A DNA stretch of 64,000 nt. Origin: Phoronis australis (taxonomy: Eukaryota; Animalia; Phoronida). The position numbers and the translations under genes were made by a program. Of the stretch, positions 12,789-26,090 are shown piece after piece. Each line of letters starts with the position of its first letter. The stretch's first letter is position 1. Location of the stretch: the NCBI GenBank assembly GCA_002633005.1, contig NMRA01000222.1, positions 62,001-126,000 on the forward strand. Reading direction: 5' to 3'. The notes beneath the pieces were generated by a model that saw only the letters and a program-made list of their open reading frames with translations, made no database searches and was not told where the DNA came from.

Positions 12789-15249
12789 ATATCTTCGGGA
12801 ATATACGCAGCAAAACCTTTGGATACTCTGTAACCAACAGAAGAATTTCTTTGACGTCTGTCAACTTCAGTTTTTTACATTTCAATGTGGTGATGTGCTG
12901 GATTTTGTTGGTGTTTTGTGTAGACAGATATTAATTACTTGAAGAAATGAAATTTTAAATAAGAGGCATATTGCTCTGTCGTGAAGTGAGTTTGTTTGTT
13001 TGGAGTATACAGGTCGCATTCTTCCTCTTGTGACCGACATGAAATTTACGCAACGTGTAAAGTCCTCGAGGCCTATTGTTTTCTTTCATAATTAGACTCG
13101 TTGAAGCGGACGTTGTGACCATTTTGTTTTCAAAATTGCACTTGAACTTCTAAAGCCCACATTTTTTATTATACTGCGTTCAAAATCACCACGTATATAA
13201 AAGATTTCATGTTGTACTGATAATCGAAATTTCAAACCCTTTCGTTTAAATATGGTGAATACAACGACATTTTTATTGAAATACATTATTTCGTGGCCAA
13301 AACGCGTTTTCTCCAACAGGTATCGTAATATGCATGCAATGGCTGTGTTATACTTTTATGATGACTATACAAATGTGGGGAGTTTCGGGTAAACTTCGTA
13401 TTCAAGATGGTGCCTACAGCCTCAATTTTTAATTTACTTTTGACATACAAATGCCTTCCGAAAGCCTTGAACAACATTACAAAATTTGGTCTATGAATTC
13501 TCTAAGGAATACTTCACTACAATGTAAGAGAACGCTGATAAATTTTCTCCCAATCTTTCGGATTTTGAGATGTTTGAGTTTTATTATGGAAAATAACATG
13601 AAATAGAAAATTGACAAAATTGATCATTACAGATCGCCTTTCTCGTAAGATTGATATGAAGTTTACACACGACGTGTCTCATCCATACCCCAAGGTTGAC
13701 TCTTTTTGCTTGAAATCGGGTGCACGAGGGCGCTTTTTATTTTGCAGAGCTACAGCTCCATTGTCTCGTAACGGATCTTTCTGAAACTTGATATGTGAAT
13801 AGATTTCACCAACGGCTATGATGAACGTGTGCAACGTTTGTCACAGCGATTTAACGATTTCGAATTATTTGAAATGCGGCGGCTGTTCGTTTGTTGACTT
13901 ATTTCTCTTGTCAATAGTGTCAATGGTGCACAGCCTCACAGACTTCACACAAGCAACAAACTTGTTTGAAAAGATTTCCAAGGTTACATGCCACTATACT
14001 GAAGGTTCGTTGCTCCGAATTTTCACTGCTCCAAAGTTTGACCGCCACCTTCGAAAGTGTACTACTTCGAATGTCCATAATTCCAAAACCAGAACACCGA
14101 TAGCACAGCCCGAGAAGTCGCTCTCGCATGATATCCATGTTTCCGTTCACACCGAGCACAGAAGAGGAGGAGACACCTTTGTGTAATGCTCGATTGTCAG
14201 TCAGTAAAGCCAGGATTAAAACCCAGGTCTCCCAAACGGAGGGGTAAACAACATGAATAAAGTATCATATTTGTATCCATTCAGTAACCATCTAAACGGT
14301 GTGCAAAAGTTGAATAGTTCTTAATGAGCAAATGAGCTCAGTTCCAATTACTGCCAATCGTGGTTCTTGAATCTCATCTTCAAGCCGTTTTTGGTCTATC
14401 ACATTCGAACTACGGTTCGCATTTTTCGTCTGATCGGCAAGAAATTTACACAATGTTTACCGCGTTTATCACGTAACACATGTAGATCTCGCCAGAAGCT
14501 CAGTGCATTACTGGTTTCCAGCTACGAGTTACTGTCACGAGTTATTTTCTGAGTGATAACTGCTCTTCTATTGACTGTTTCCTGAATGCACTTTCTATGG
14601 ATTATCATTTATTGTAAGTCAATTGGTGCCATAGGGGTTATCATTTTTGCCTTTGGTGTTCTTGGTTTCGTCATCGACCTCACTTCTAAGTTTTTCACCC
14701 CAATTTCGCTCAGTGTCGCTTCTCAGAGCGTTCTCGTTTCCTCAGTTAACCAGTAATTCAGTGTGCAATTACTTTCGGAAAATAGACGAAAATCTTAATT
14801 CCTCTTTGTAATAATAGATTTACCAAAGGAAATTGCAGATAAAAAATATGGAACACTACGCAATAAATTTGTCATTTACATTGAACACCCGCTTGGATTG
14901 CCTCATTACTCAACGAGACTTGACAGCTCATTTCCATAAGTTTTATGTTCTTATATCACAAGTCTCAAGTCGTTTTTTTTCCCATTAGAGGCGAAACTTT
15001 GCATTTATCGAAGTTTCAGTAAGTGGGAAAGGTTAACTTGGGTAGTTAATCTGCGAGCGAAACTTCGCTGAAAATAGCAGGATTTAAAACTGAAGCTTCG
15101 GTACTCACCAAAACTTCGGTGTAGTGGGAACAGACGAAGAGAAGCCGCGCTGAAGTTATCGGTAGACGTCGCGGCGATCACGCGAGACACGCAAAACGTG
15201 CTTATTGCTATTGTAGCGTAGCTGACGTGCTCTCAGCAGGCGCACGTAA

Positions 15250-15385
15250 ATAAATACACAAAACGTACTGAGAGTAGCGTAGATAAAGTAATAACCCACT
15301 CGACCTTCGGTCTCGGTCGATACGCATGGGATATTACTTTACATGTACATGTATCTACGCCAGTCGAGGTACGTTTTGTATTTAT
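15250..15385. mobile_element. Palindromic (foldback) MITE-like element
   Basis: ataaatac..aaaacgtac..gcgtagat.aaagtaata..tcgacc [ttcggtctc] ggtcga..tattacttt..atctacgc..gtacgttttgtatttat. Confidence 0.7.
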
Positions 15386-16874
15386 CCCATACGCTTCGAA
15401 TTCCTATGTTTCTTTCATTTTTTCGTCAGATGTATAAATATTTCACCCAGTCTGTTCACGTGGCGGATCACATCCTACATATATGTGTATATACTTGCGC
15501 GCTAGGTTGCAAGTTATTTCCGTGAAAGAAGCAATTTTAAATTTAGCTGTCTTACTTGAAAAGAGATAGCAATGATGAAAACAACAGTAATTAAGCATTG
15601 AACTTATAACATCTCCTTAAAATACTTAAATAACAACAGTATTAGATATTGCAGTTACCAAAGGAATCGGCGCCCGAGTTGCAGATGTTATAATATTTAG
15701 CAGTTAAAAAGTAAGACAAAAGTGTATTAGTTTTGTACCAGATGTTACGAGGGCCTGATTGCATGTCGAGTGTTATTTATACTGCTGCAACTGTATTACT
15801 TGAATTCATATTCGAATATTTTGACGATCGAACCAGTGAACGACGTCGAGTCGACATTGACCTACCGTTTGAACTTTCCATGTCAGAGGTCACTGTTGAA
15901 GAAGTGCTGGAGGTGAATGCGGAAAACTTTATTACATGGCCGTATTGCACTCGACTGATTCAACGCGTATAAAAAAGAAAGTAAACCTGATGAAGAATGG
16001 CACTGATCATTTTCACAAACACTCGTAAATGGAAGAAGAACAATTTTCAGTTTACCTCGAACCCACCACTCAATATTCGTTTGAAAGTACGAATGAACTG
16101 TGTCGCCTGGCATCTTAGAGATAACTTCGATATCACTGTCTAGTCGGAAAGGTAAGCAAAGTTTCGACGAAACTTCGGTAAACCCCTAAAGAAAAAGCGC
16201 CTTAAAGGATCTTTCGTATTACAGAGTTGGTGCTTTGGTCTAACCTTCTTTCTCGACTCCAAGAATTTTAGTCCAATGCGAAAGGTGATTAAGAACGCTT
16301 TAAATTTAGTAGGGTACTAAAATTAGTGCGTTCGAAAAGACCGGACTAGCGAGCGTACCATAATCGGTCCGATTTAATAAGCTCAAGGGGAAAGGTTTAG
16401 TCCGAACTACACGTATTTTACTCGACCTTCGTAACTTATCTCTCCCTTTTACGCGAGTGCAGAGTTCTTCCAGCCAGGATATTAGCTAGAATACTGATGT
16501 TGCCCGTCGAAAAGGTGGAGATTTGTCATATGATTTGTGAGGCACGTAGTTCCGAGTGCATGGGGGGGAGGTCAGGAGAGGACACCCCTTTCGCCATGAA
16601 AACTCTTGATTTTTGACCTTGAAAAGAAGCATATTCCTTAATAATAATTTCTGAAGCTTAGAATTTGTTAATTTTGGTTGTTAGTATGTTTTGTTGAACG
16701 TAACATCCTAACTTCGCCCCTTAACTGCGTTTCCAAATTTTTCCATTGCATGCAATGCGCAAGTGGATCGAAAAATAGCAGTTTTCACTACTCTGTTCAG
16801 ATGAAAAGGCAGATCTGGTGCAGGGCTCGACGGTTGCCCGATGGCCCGACACTGAGCAGGTAACTTTCTTATAA

Positions 16875-17020
16875 TGTATAATTTATTTGCATAAATTAAG
16901 CATGTAAAAAATTAACAATGAACACAAAATCAAAACACCTGTTAAAAATACACTCTAGCTCGATGATATACAGCGAATCCCGGCAAAATAAAGATTTTGG
17001 AAAAAGACCTTCCTTCAGGT
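16875..17020 (+). repeat. Old local duplication, copy at ~20812-20965
   Basis: aaaatac.ttctag.tcgatgatat.cagcgaa...gattttggaaaaag.ccttcctt is shared. Confidence 0.7.
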
Positions 17021-17679
17021 AGACTTTAAGAATATTTAGATAAAAGAATCGTGTTCATTTTATACTGAAGCAAAGAAGAAAGATTGAAATCCCTGTTAAC
17101 TTACAATGCAATTAAACAAAACCCGTTTCATTCAAGATTCTGTAAAACGTACATGTACCGAGTTGGAGGCTGACAAAGAATGCAAAAACAAGATATCAGA
17201 ATTATTGATATGGCTTCATTATGCAAAATAGATGCAGATTCGTCGAGTAAGAGTTTTTAAACTGACATCATTAGAAAGTCAAGTTGATTGCGAAATTGAA
17301 TTTATGACTATTCTCGCTTGGTTATTGATTAAGGTTGCATACTTAATAGGCTGTACCTGAAATCAAAGAGAACAGTTCGCAAAATATGAATATGACTTCC
17401 AATGTTTTATTCTGCTCCAAAAAGTTTGTTTGTAAAACATGGCACCCCCTTCTAGACGAAAATTTTATGCTCTGTTTCGGTGCTGATGTTCCTATTTTTG
17501 TTATAATAGGGGGTCAACATTATTTTTTCATTCACTGACAGCTAGCACTGTGGCTCTCAAAAAGCGATGGGCGGTCTCAACTAACACACACCTGTATATC
17601 AACTTTCTCAAAGAAAAAACATGAAGCAGAGATGAAACTATGAGAGCAAGAGGAAACACCAGAACGGGGAAAGTGTAAA

Positions 17680-17980
17680 ATTGGGAAGAAAGAAAGGGAA
17701 GTGAGTCTTCAAATGGAGAAGGAAGAAAAGGAGGGGCGGCTAGCTGTAGAACACGTTAAATCTCATCGCAAAATTGACTAAAGTGAATTGATTGATTTGT
17801 GTTAGATGTTATGAGAATGAAAATGAAAGAAGTTACATTCGCTGAGTGATGTGTAAGTAGTTCGTAAACTAGCGGACATGTACTACGATAAGTGTACACT
17901 CTGAGCTCAGTTATTTGGTTCCCGTTTACTTTTTCTTTCACTTAAAAAATTAGCTATGGCGAAACGTATTTTCTCGCATG
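17680..17980 (+). repeat. Old local duplication, copy at ~20255-20480
   Basis: gaagaaagaaagggaag..tagctgtagaacac.ttaaatctcatcg.aaaatt..gttagatgtt.tgagaatgaaaa is shared. Confidence 0.7.
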
Positions 17981-18032
17981 AACTGGAATGTGTTACAACA
18001 CCACTGGATAATAACACCGAGTCCGTATTTTT

Positions 18033-18906
18033 GTTATACCACAATATTAGCCTCGAATGGCCGAGATACATGTACGACCGTGAAATAACCCATAAAGTTA
18101 TCCCACTAGAGAGACAACATTTTGGCGGGAAACCGAGGCCGGATTCAAACCCGGGCCTCAGGAGCTTCAAGTCGCCGACTTTACCACTACACCACACAGT
18201 GGCTGACGTCATCGAACGTGAAAATAGAATACTTAAATGAGCACGCGCAACAATCGCATGTTCAGCAAAGGTCATTGCACCGACATTTATACGCTATGAA
18301 AAATAAGACGCATAATTTCCATAAAAACGATATTTCAATTTAGCGAAATTTTTCTCTCGTGTACTCTCACTTGTAAATCACCGATCTCCAATTTGAATGC
18401 GGGTATCGTGTCATCGGGATCCTTTGACTTGAGCATTATAGTCAGTTACTGGTGGTAACCTATTTTAGCAGACGATATTTTCCCGGTCGAAGCTTAGTGT
18501 GATAAAATGTGTAGTAAACTATAATAGTTGCTAAACCTTAATTTATACATTCACTTTATTTTTATTTTGTTTTAGTTTTCAATTGGTTTTGAGTAAAAGC
18601 ATTATTTGACAAAAATAGCTCGTCTTTTCTTAAAAGGTCACGACCTCCGACCCCGGGCCTCTGACATAGAAAGTAGTTACAAAGCCAAGGCGAGTCGAGA
18701 AAGGTCGATTCATTGCAATGTTTTTCGTTCAGTATGTGGTATAAATAGATTATTACATGTTCTCAGTCGTTAACCCCCTTATCTAGAGCCCTCGTGGATT
18801 TTGTAGAATTATCACCCTCGGGGCTAACACCCCTCGGGCGATAATTCTCTAAAATCCACTCGGGCTCTAGATAACAAGGGATAACGACTTCGCCATGTAA
18901 TAATCT
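18033..18906 (+). repeat. ~870-bp composite repeat, copy 2 (tRNA-like head on minus strand at 18124-18207; palindrome at 18745-18906)
   Basis: Colinear with 11921-12788; A box TGGTGTAGTGG and B box GGTTTGAATCC on the minus strand. Confidence 0.88.
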
Positions 18907-20105
18907 GCATATATTACATGGGCAAAAGCACGAAGTAGTGTAAAGGTGAAATCCACACGCTTTGCATACATGTATTATCGTCAGCACAACACTAAAACAA
19001 CCAAACGCGCGCCAACCAAACCATGCCGGAATTCCATGAAGATAACAAGGTTTTGATTGACAAATCGGGTGTCGCAACTGTACGTACTCCCAGTCGGAAG
19101 GACACGCAAGCAACGTCTTCAACGACCCATCTCGGCATCAAATTTCATATCGACGTTCGTTCAAATGGGGACGAGCCCCAACTCGAGAAACGCGGCAAGA
19201 CTGTCTAGCTGTGCTGTCTCAAAGTCAATTCAGTGCTCACGCGAGGGGAAGCCTTGCTGAGTGTTATTTATCAATATTTTTTTTAAGTTTTAATGTTACA
19301 TCTTGAAAAACTATTGATTAGATTCTAAGTTGAATACTTGCTACGAAAGCTGAATGCAATTTACAATTGTTGATCTTAAAATAAACCTAACAAAAAGTAA
19401 CTGAATTATTTTACTTTGCGCAAGCGTGTTGTACAAACGTTGCCTCGTGTGGTTGAAAGTTTTAGACACGTCGAGTTTTTCGGCAAAAAGATCGTTTTTA
19501 CGGTTCATGTGAGAAAACAAATCAAGCCTCGTGATTTTGACTTAATTTCCAAGAGGTTTTGCCCATGTCATAAACCTGAGACTCGTGTAGGATTCTCTAT
19601 TTTCTTACTGTATCGTGAATCGGCACGCGTGATAATGTACGCTAACGTCGCTTTGCGCAACTCCTCTATTTTAGAGAGGTGTCGCAAAGCGACGTGAACA
19701 TGAATTAACACGCATATATAATTTCCGCGTCATACATGTCATTGTTGGCTGTGACGTAATCCCGTCAGTATTTGTGTATTTTACGCGATTACATGGAGAT
19801 ATACGTCACTTTAAACGCGAAACCTGTGGCCCCTTTTTAATTATTATTTGGAAAGACATCGAAACGATTTTTTTTGATAGCGTTTTCAATCTTTCTTCTT
19901 TGCTTCATTGTAAAATGAACACGATTTTTGTCTATAAATGTTCTTAAAGTCCAGCTGAAGAAATGCCTTTTTTCCGATACCCTGATGCTGTCGGAGTTAT
20001 CTGGATATCATCGAACTAGAATGGATTTTAGCAGGTATGATTTTTGTTCATTGTTAATTTTCTACATGCTTAATTTACATTTATATATTGTACTGAAATT
20101 ACGCG

Positions 20106-20810
20106 TCATAAGAGATGACCATTTTTCACAGGGGTTTGTAGAAACGACTTTTTCACATTCAACATATATTCCCATATTGCATACCTGTAGCAGAATGGAA
20201 TACAGTAAAATAAAACGTACTGATAATACGAGAGGAATAAATAACACTGGAAGGAGAAAAATTTGAAATCGAGAAGAAAGAAAGGGAAGAGCGGTTAGCT
20301 GTAGAACACATTAAATCTCATCGAAAAATTAACTACAAAATTTGACTAAATTGGATTGACTGATTTGCGTTAGATGTTTTGAGAATGAAAACAAGCGGAC
20401 AATCTGAGCTGAGGTAATCGGTTCCAGTTTACTTTCACGTTCACGTAAAATTTAGCTGTTGCGAAATTCATTTTTTCTTACCGTAACGTGAATCGGTACG
20501 CGCAGTTACATATGCGTGATAGTTCACGTTCGCGTCGCTTTGCGAAACCACTCTGTAGACAAAGCCGGAGATTTGTCACATGATATTTATGGAGAGCGTT
20601 CAATAGGTATCTGTCCCCGAGAAATTCATCCAAAGTCAAGTGGTCCCGTCGAAAACAAGCGGCAGCACAGTCTTCCGAAATTTAGCAAGTCATTAGGGTT
20701 ACTGCGCGCTCTCAAGAATTGAATTCTGCTACATGTATGCAAGATGGGAATATATGTGAAAACATCGTTTCTACAAACTCCTGTGAAAAAATAGTGGTCA
20801 ACTCTAATGA
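20106..20810. repeat. ~77-bp inverted repeat pair (20106-20184 / 20735-20810) enclosing ~550 bp; possible old non-autonomous DNA transposon
   Basis: tcataagagatgaccatttttcacaggggtttgtagaaacga..atatattcccatattgcatac is the reverse complement of gtatgcaagatgggaatatat..cgtttctacaaactcctgtgaaaaa..tggtcaactctaatga. Confidence 0.7.
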
Positions 20811-22433
20811 TGTGTAATTTATTTGCAGTTTATAATAAATAGATGTATGTAAATTATACATGTAAAAATAACAATGAACAAAAAACCATTAAAAATACAT
20901 TCTAGTTCGATGATATCCAGCGAACCCGACAGAAAAAGGATTTTGGAAAAAGGCCTTCCTTTAGCTGGACTGAAGCAAAGGAAAATGATTGGGAACTTTA
21001 TACCAAAATAAAAATCGTTTCGATATCTTGCCAAATAAGAATTAAAATGGGCCACATGTTTCGGGTTTAAAGGGACGCGAATCTCCCTGACGTCAACTAA
21101 TTTTGATGTTCGTAAACCCAGTTAAAGTGAACCGGTTTTTATGATTCGAATACCGATTTCGGTTGCTTATTGTATTTTACCTATATTTGAAATCATTACT
21201 TCTTGAAAAAGTGTATTTTTTCAAAAAGCAATTTTTATACTTTGATAGGCAGAGTTGTTTAATTGCTTTATGACTCTGCTGGCAATGCTCAATTAAATGT
21301 ATAAGGGCCCGTGAACACAGCATGAATGACTACATGTATCTCTTAACGATTTTAAGTCCAGTTGAAACTTACCAACTTGTCGAAACGTGTAGAGTCGATG
21401 TCTTGGTCAGACTGTCTAAGAATATGGTCCTCATTTATAGAATCTGAGGTCAACGGATATCCCGCATCTACCCACTCACGCTTAGCATCAATCAAGTTTA
21501 GCAGCTAATTGCTCGCATCTGCATTAATGACGGAGAAGACAATTTTCACCCGCATCATGTATAGCCATATACTGTCTTATTGTAGGTTTTATGCCAAATC
21601 AACTTGCAAAACACAAACTAGGCATTTTATTGCAAAATCTTACCAGCATTTTCGAGACATTAATGGGTTTAAGTCGTTTAGACAACTCTAAAATATGCAT
21701 TCAAGATATTATTATGTTTTTTAATGAAACGTTGAATACTGTTTGTGTAGTGGTTGTTATTGTCAATTTTATTTACATGTCTTCTGTAGATACGATATCT
21801 GGTGCTAATTGTAACACGCCATGGCGACTCTTGCACCACGGGATCTAGGACTATACTTGTCCTTGAGTTTCAATAAATGACTACAAGCAGACTTATATAT
21901 TTGTTAGCTTTCGTAAGACCATAGATAGGGATAATGGACCAAGCATTCACTGAAATATTCTAAGTTAGTGTAGTGAGTGACGGCTAGCCAGATGAGACCC
22001 AGATCTACTTGCAAATGTATGTTACGCTCCTCAACCCTCGTTTTGAATTTGGAATGTTAACCACGCACAAATTTTGAGAATGGCTTACATTGTGTTTACG
22101 TTGACCTTTACATTTTTGTATCGTCACCTGTTATGCAAAATTGGTTTAATAAATGCTCGACACTTGTCCTTGTTGACTATGTAAATGTATGTACGTATAT
22201 GCACATGCAAAACTTGTTGAAAACACCACACTTGTTGTTGTTGTTGAATACCTTTATTCCATTCCGTTCGTATTGTCGGAACAAAGTTCGACATTCAACA
22301 GAACAATTGGTGAAGCAGCTCACCAAGAGACATGATACATGAATTTCGAAACTTACATGTTTCATTCTCAAGTGGAAATACATGTAAGATGACACAGTAC
22401 TACCACCACAGAGCAATTGAAGGTAGTAACATA

Positions 22434-23371
22434 CATAGATGGATTTAAGGAGGGGTCCAGTGAGTACACCCCCCCCCCCNCCCCCCCCCCCCACCTTGGC
22501 GACCGCAAAAATAAAACAGCAAAAGCTTGAGGAAATAGAAAGTTTATTAATTAACCACGGTAATTAACATTATACGGCTGAAAGAAGATTTGACATTGTG
22601 AGTTTTAGATTGTGTGTGCCTGCGGGGGGTGGGCTGAGACTCTATTTAGAGTGTCCGATTCAGACAACCTCTGCAATCGTAACTCCCGGTCGATATGTGC
22701 GTGATATTCCTGGAGCTGCGCACTACCGTCGTCTGCTCCACTGTGCTATGAAGAAAATTACTTCGGAAGCTGAGTGGCGATGAAGAAACAATTTAAAGCT
22801 GCTGATAAGATGTAAATTTTAATCGAAGCCTTAGTGAATGACTCAGAAACTTATAATTCTCTCTTTATCAAACAATGAAATTCATACGATTTTCAAGCAA
22901 TCGCGTGGTTGATGCCAACACGAAAAATGGATGGGTTTGGTCCTTTTGGGCAACTGGCGACTATTTTAAAAACAACAGCTTTTGCTACGGATCTGGTTGC
23001 ACAAAATATAAAGCGTGTAATAAGCATTACAGAAAGAAGCAGGTTAGTGAAAAAAGCTGTGAACCATAAACAATTTTGTCTCTTATGGCATGCTACTTTA
23101 GTTGGAAGCGTGGTGGCGCAGTGGGAAAAGCAAGCGCTCTGGCTAATAGGTCGTGAGCCCGTGCAGTTTTCGGTTTTCCATTTTACACGTATTCTCAGTG
23201 TTTTTTTCTGTGATAATATTTGAGAAATCAAGGGAAATGATTGTTTTTAGAGGCAAAAACAACTGATTTTCCCCTTGGTGGGAGAGGGGGGTTCCCCCTC
23301 CCGACCTCTCTTCATATTCGACGCTATGCGCCTCAGTACAATTGTACTTTGATATCCTAGATCCCCCACTG
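22434..23371 (+). mobile_element. hAT-like non-autonomous element, same family as 31893-32214
   Basis: Ends catagatggatttaagg / cctagatcccccactg; shared subterminal poly-C and gcaaaa.t.aaacagcaa..aaagc.tgaggaa; no clean TSD. Confidence 0.55.
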
Positions 23372-23680
23372 GACATACCCTCTTCCTTTTTCATTCTTTG
23401 CAGTATTTCACTCCCGCATGTGCCGTGTCCCACTGAGTATGTTACACACTGTCATACGTATTCCACTGTGAACAAACCTGTTAATGAGTTACGACGATTT
23501 CAATGCCTTGGCAGGACTAAAATCAAACCATACGGTTTGCTGGTTTTTTCAAACGCAGTGCTTCACTAATTTTTATATTAGTAAGTAGAATCGGACAGTA
23601 TACGATAAATCGCGATTTTTTGTTGTGTTGTTCACCCACAATGCTCGAGATAGGCTGTTAAGATTATTGTTTGCAAGCTC

Positions 23681-25313
23681 ATGTCGGCGTTTGGCTATAT
23701 GGATCCCAACTACCTAACTGTCGACATCAACGGTGAGGTAGGACTATTATTGGGGGGATTGTTGACATTGTCATTTTGGACTATCAGGACGATTAGTCTA
23801 GTTGCTGTACCTCCTCTCCCCCCTTTGCAACGTCCAAGATCCACCAAAGTATATAATACACAACTAACCAGTTGTCATTATGCATTGAATGGATAAATTC
23901 AACGAAGCAGCTTCTCATGTTCTACATCACTTCGTTCTTGATCAGCTTCTTACAAGAAAACTAGTCTGCGAATGTTCATGGCGATAGGCGTAAAACTGCA
24001 TGGTACACTACTCGGTTTTATCTGTTTAACGGTTGTATCGACCGAACCCTCAGAGCATATACCAGAACCTATCATAACTTTGCTTATGCAGGGAGACCAG
24101 AAATTGAAAGCTGCCTACAAAACAGTGTTTGGAGACAACGCTATACCGGAGAAAATTCTGAAACAAGTGAATGCTGGTGAAGAGGTAGTCTAAGTTACTT
24201 TGATACGTCCACACAGCTTTACTGTTCTTGAGATTGTAGCATTGTAGAAGAGATTTGTGAATCAAAAATAAGCCACACCAAGCGGAAGACCGTCACCAGC
24301 TGACACTGCATGGCAGCACAGCCAAAATAATTTCATACTTGCTTTGAAATCAAGCCACAGTGATTTCATGTGCCAACTCGAGATGTTACTTTTTCGGAAT
24401 TACGAGTTTGTACTTATTTCCAGTCCCAACTGTTCGTTTCCTCCCGTCACAGTAACACTGCATTCCTTTCCAATCCCTCATTGACACAGAGCACTTGTAG
24501 ACGTAGTAGTTTTGAAAACCTATGGTTGCACTTCTGACTTGTCGTTTGTTTTCTTTTAGTTTGATTTCGAAATGTTTGCTAAATACGTGGAGAGTCACAT
24601 TGGCATCTCAATATGTGAGGTCAAGGAAAGCGCCTCTGCCCTACCCGTGTCAGCTTTCACGGTTCATGTCGGCACTCTTGAACACGTGGCAGAACGTAAC
24701 TACGAACAGATTAAGTATACACGATAATTTTTTTCACGATTTCCGTATAATGGTTTAAAAAGTCTGTGAGGATTACGTGCTAAGCAATTTCGAGTCCTGC
24801 TGCGTGAAAAATCTCCATGCCCAACTCACAATTCAGCTACTAGCTACAGTTTGGAGCCCAGCGCACAACAGGGGCCCCGTCGTCCTTGCAGAGCTATTCA
24901 AAGCCTGTTGCAACTGGGGGAATCCCGATGGCTGACCTAAAAAAGCTATGGGTCACAATAATTAGGGACTTTGTCCTTAAATTAGGGGCGTTGCATGAAA
25001 AGATCCCTACTTATTTTGATTAATGATGAAAATCCAACTCTCGATTAATAATTTGATGGCCAACTTATTTCACTCGATATAATTAAGCAGACTGACTGTA
25101 GTCTGACGCCACGTGAACCATTCAAAATTCGCTTAGTGGGATCCAGATATTACCGTACATATTTTCATGTTTTGTCATCTTCACTACGTTCACAATATAG
25201 TTGCTTCATTGATTTAGATGCGTGATCGCGCAAGAACAATAAGCATATACACGGACTACATTGGAACACTGGACATCAACATGGAACAACTTGATCTCGA
25301 ATTCTTGAAACGG
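23681..25313 (+). CDS. Putative 3-exon N-terminal fragment (23681-23732, 24054-24184, 25218-25313), 93 aa, weakly CARD/death-fold-like
   Basis: GT/AG sites in compatible phases (1,0,0) give MSAFGYMDPNYLTVDINEHIPEPIITLLMQGDQKLKAAYKTVFGDNAIPEKILKQVNAGEEMRDRARTISIYTDYIGTLDINMEQLDLEFLKR; the exon 3 donor is CGG|gtaagt; the exon 2 splice sites are weak. Confidence 0.38.
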
Positions 25314-25369
25314 GTAAGTTGACTAGTCTACATTGACGCTCGTCATCGTTCTACTCATTTCCAGTGAGC

Positions 25370-26090
25370 TTCTGTTTTTTTTTTCTATTTTCCCCCGCAT
25401 ATTATTTATGAAAGAAAATCGTTACCATTAAACCCTGGTTGCAACCATTTTCAAGAAAGTCTACTTTAACTCCGAATTCGGCCCCAACCGCTTAAAACAC
25501 ATCATTCCCTATAATAAGCCGACGGAGGAGTCGGCAATATTTTGGTCAACGTTGGAATATCTTTTGTAGTTAATGTTTAAGTGATTTGAGAGTTTATGGT
25601 CAACTAAATGAAAACAAAGAATACAGGTTACAACAAGACCCAGCCTCCTAGTTTATAAAACTCTGAATATGCACATGGCGATAGTACCTTGCGAGTTGGG
25701 CGTTACTGTTTTCCGAGATTCATTTGGCATGCCAAAAGCCAAAGGAATGTCGTAGCATGTATGAGCGAATCATGGGGCGAGGAGGCATGCCGCGAAGATT
25801 TTCCCTTAGGAGTATGAGCCCACCCTCCCAGTCTTTGCATCATCACAAATTCTCTCATGGAACTAATTGTTTTCACTGAGGAGCAACGAGTATTCAATGC
25901 AAACGCCATGTTTTCTTTGCATGTTAATTGATGATGAATCTGAGTATTAGTTCCGTTTTTTATCTTACACCAAGGCTGTGTCGCCGTAGTCAATTTTCTG
26001 AAGCTGGCGGAAACTTCCGGCTGCCTGCTCGATGAGTTTTGCTCGAAAGTTGTAGTTATCAAGTCAAGCCTAGTTTCATTGTTTGCTTTT
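25370..26090 (+). repeat. Locally duplicated segment, copy 3 (of 1-625 joined to 1810-1870)
   Basis: Colinear with the window start, then jumps to gttgtagttatcaa.t.aagccta.tttcatt (1830-1862). Confidence 0.85.
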
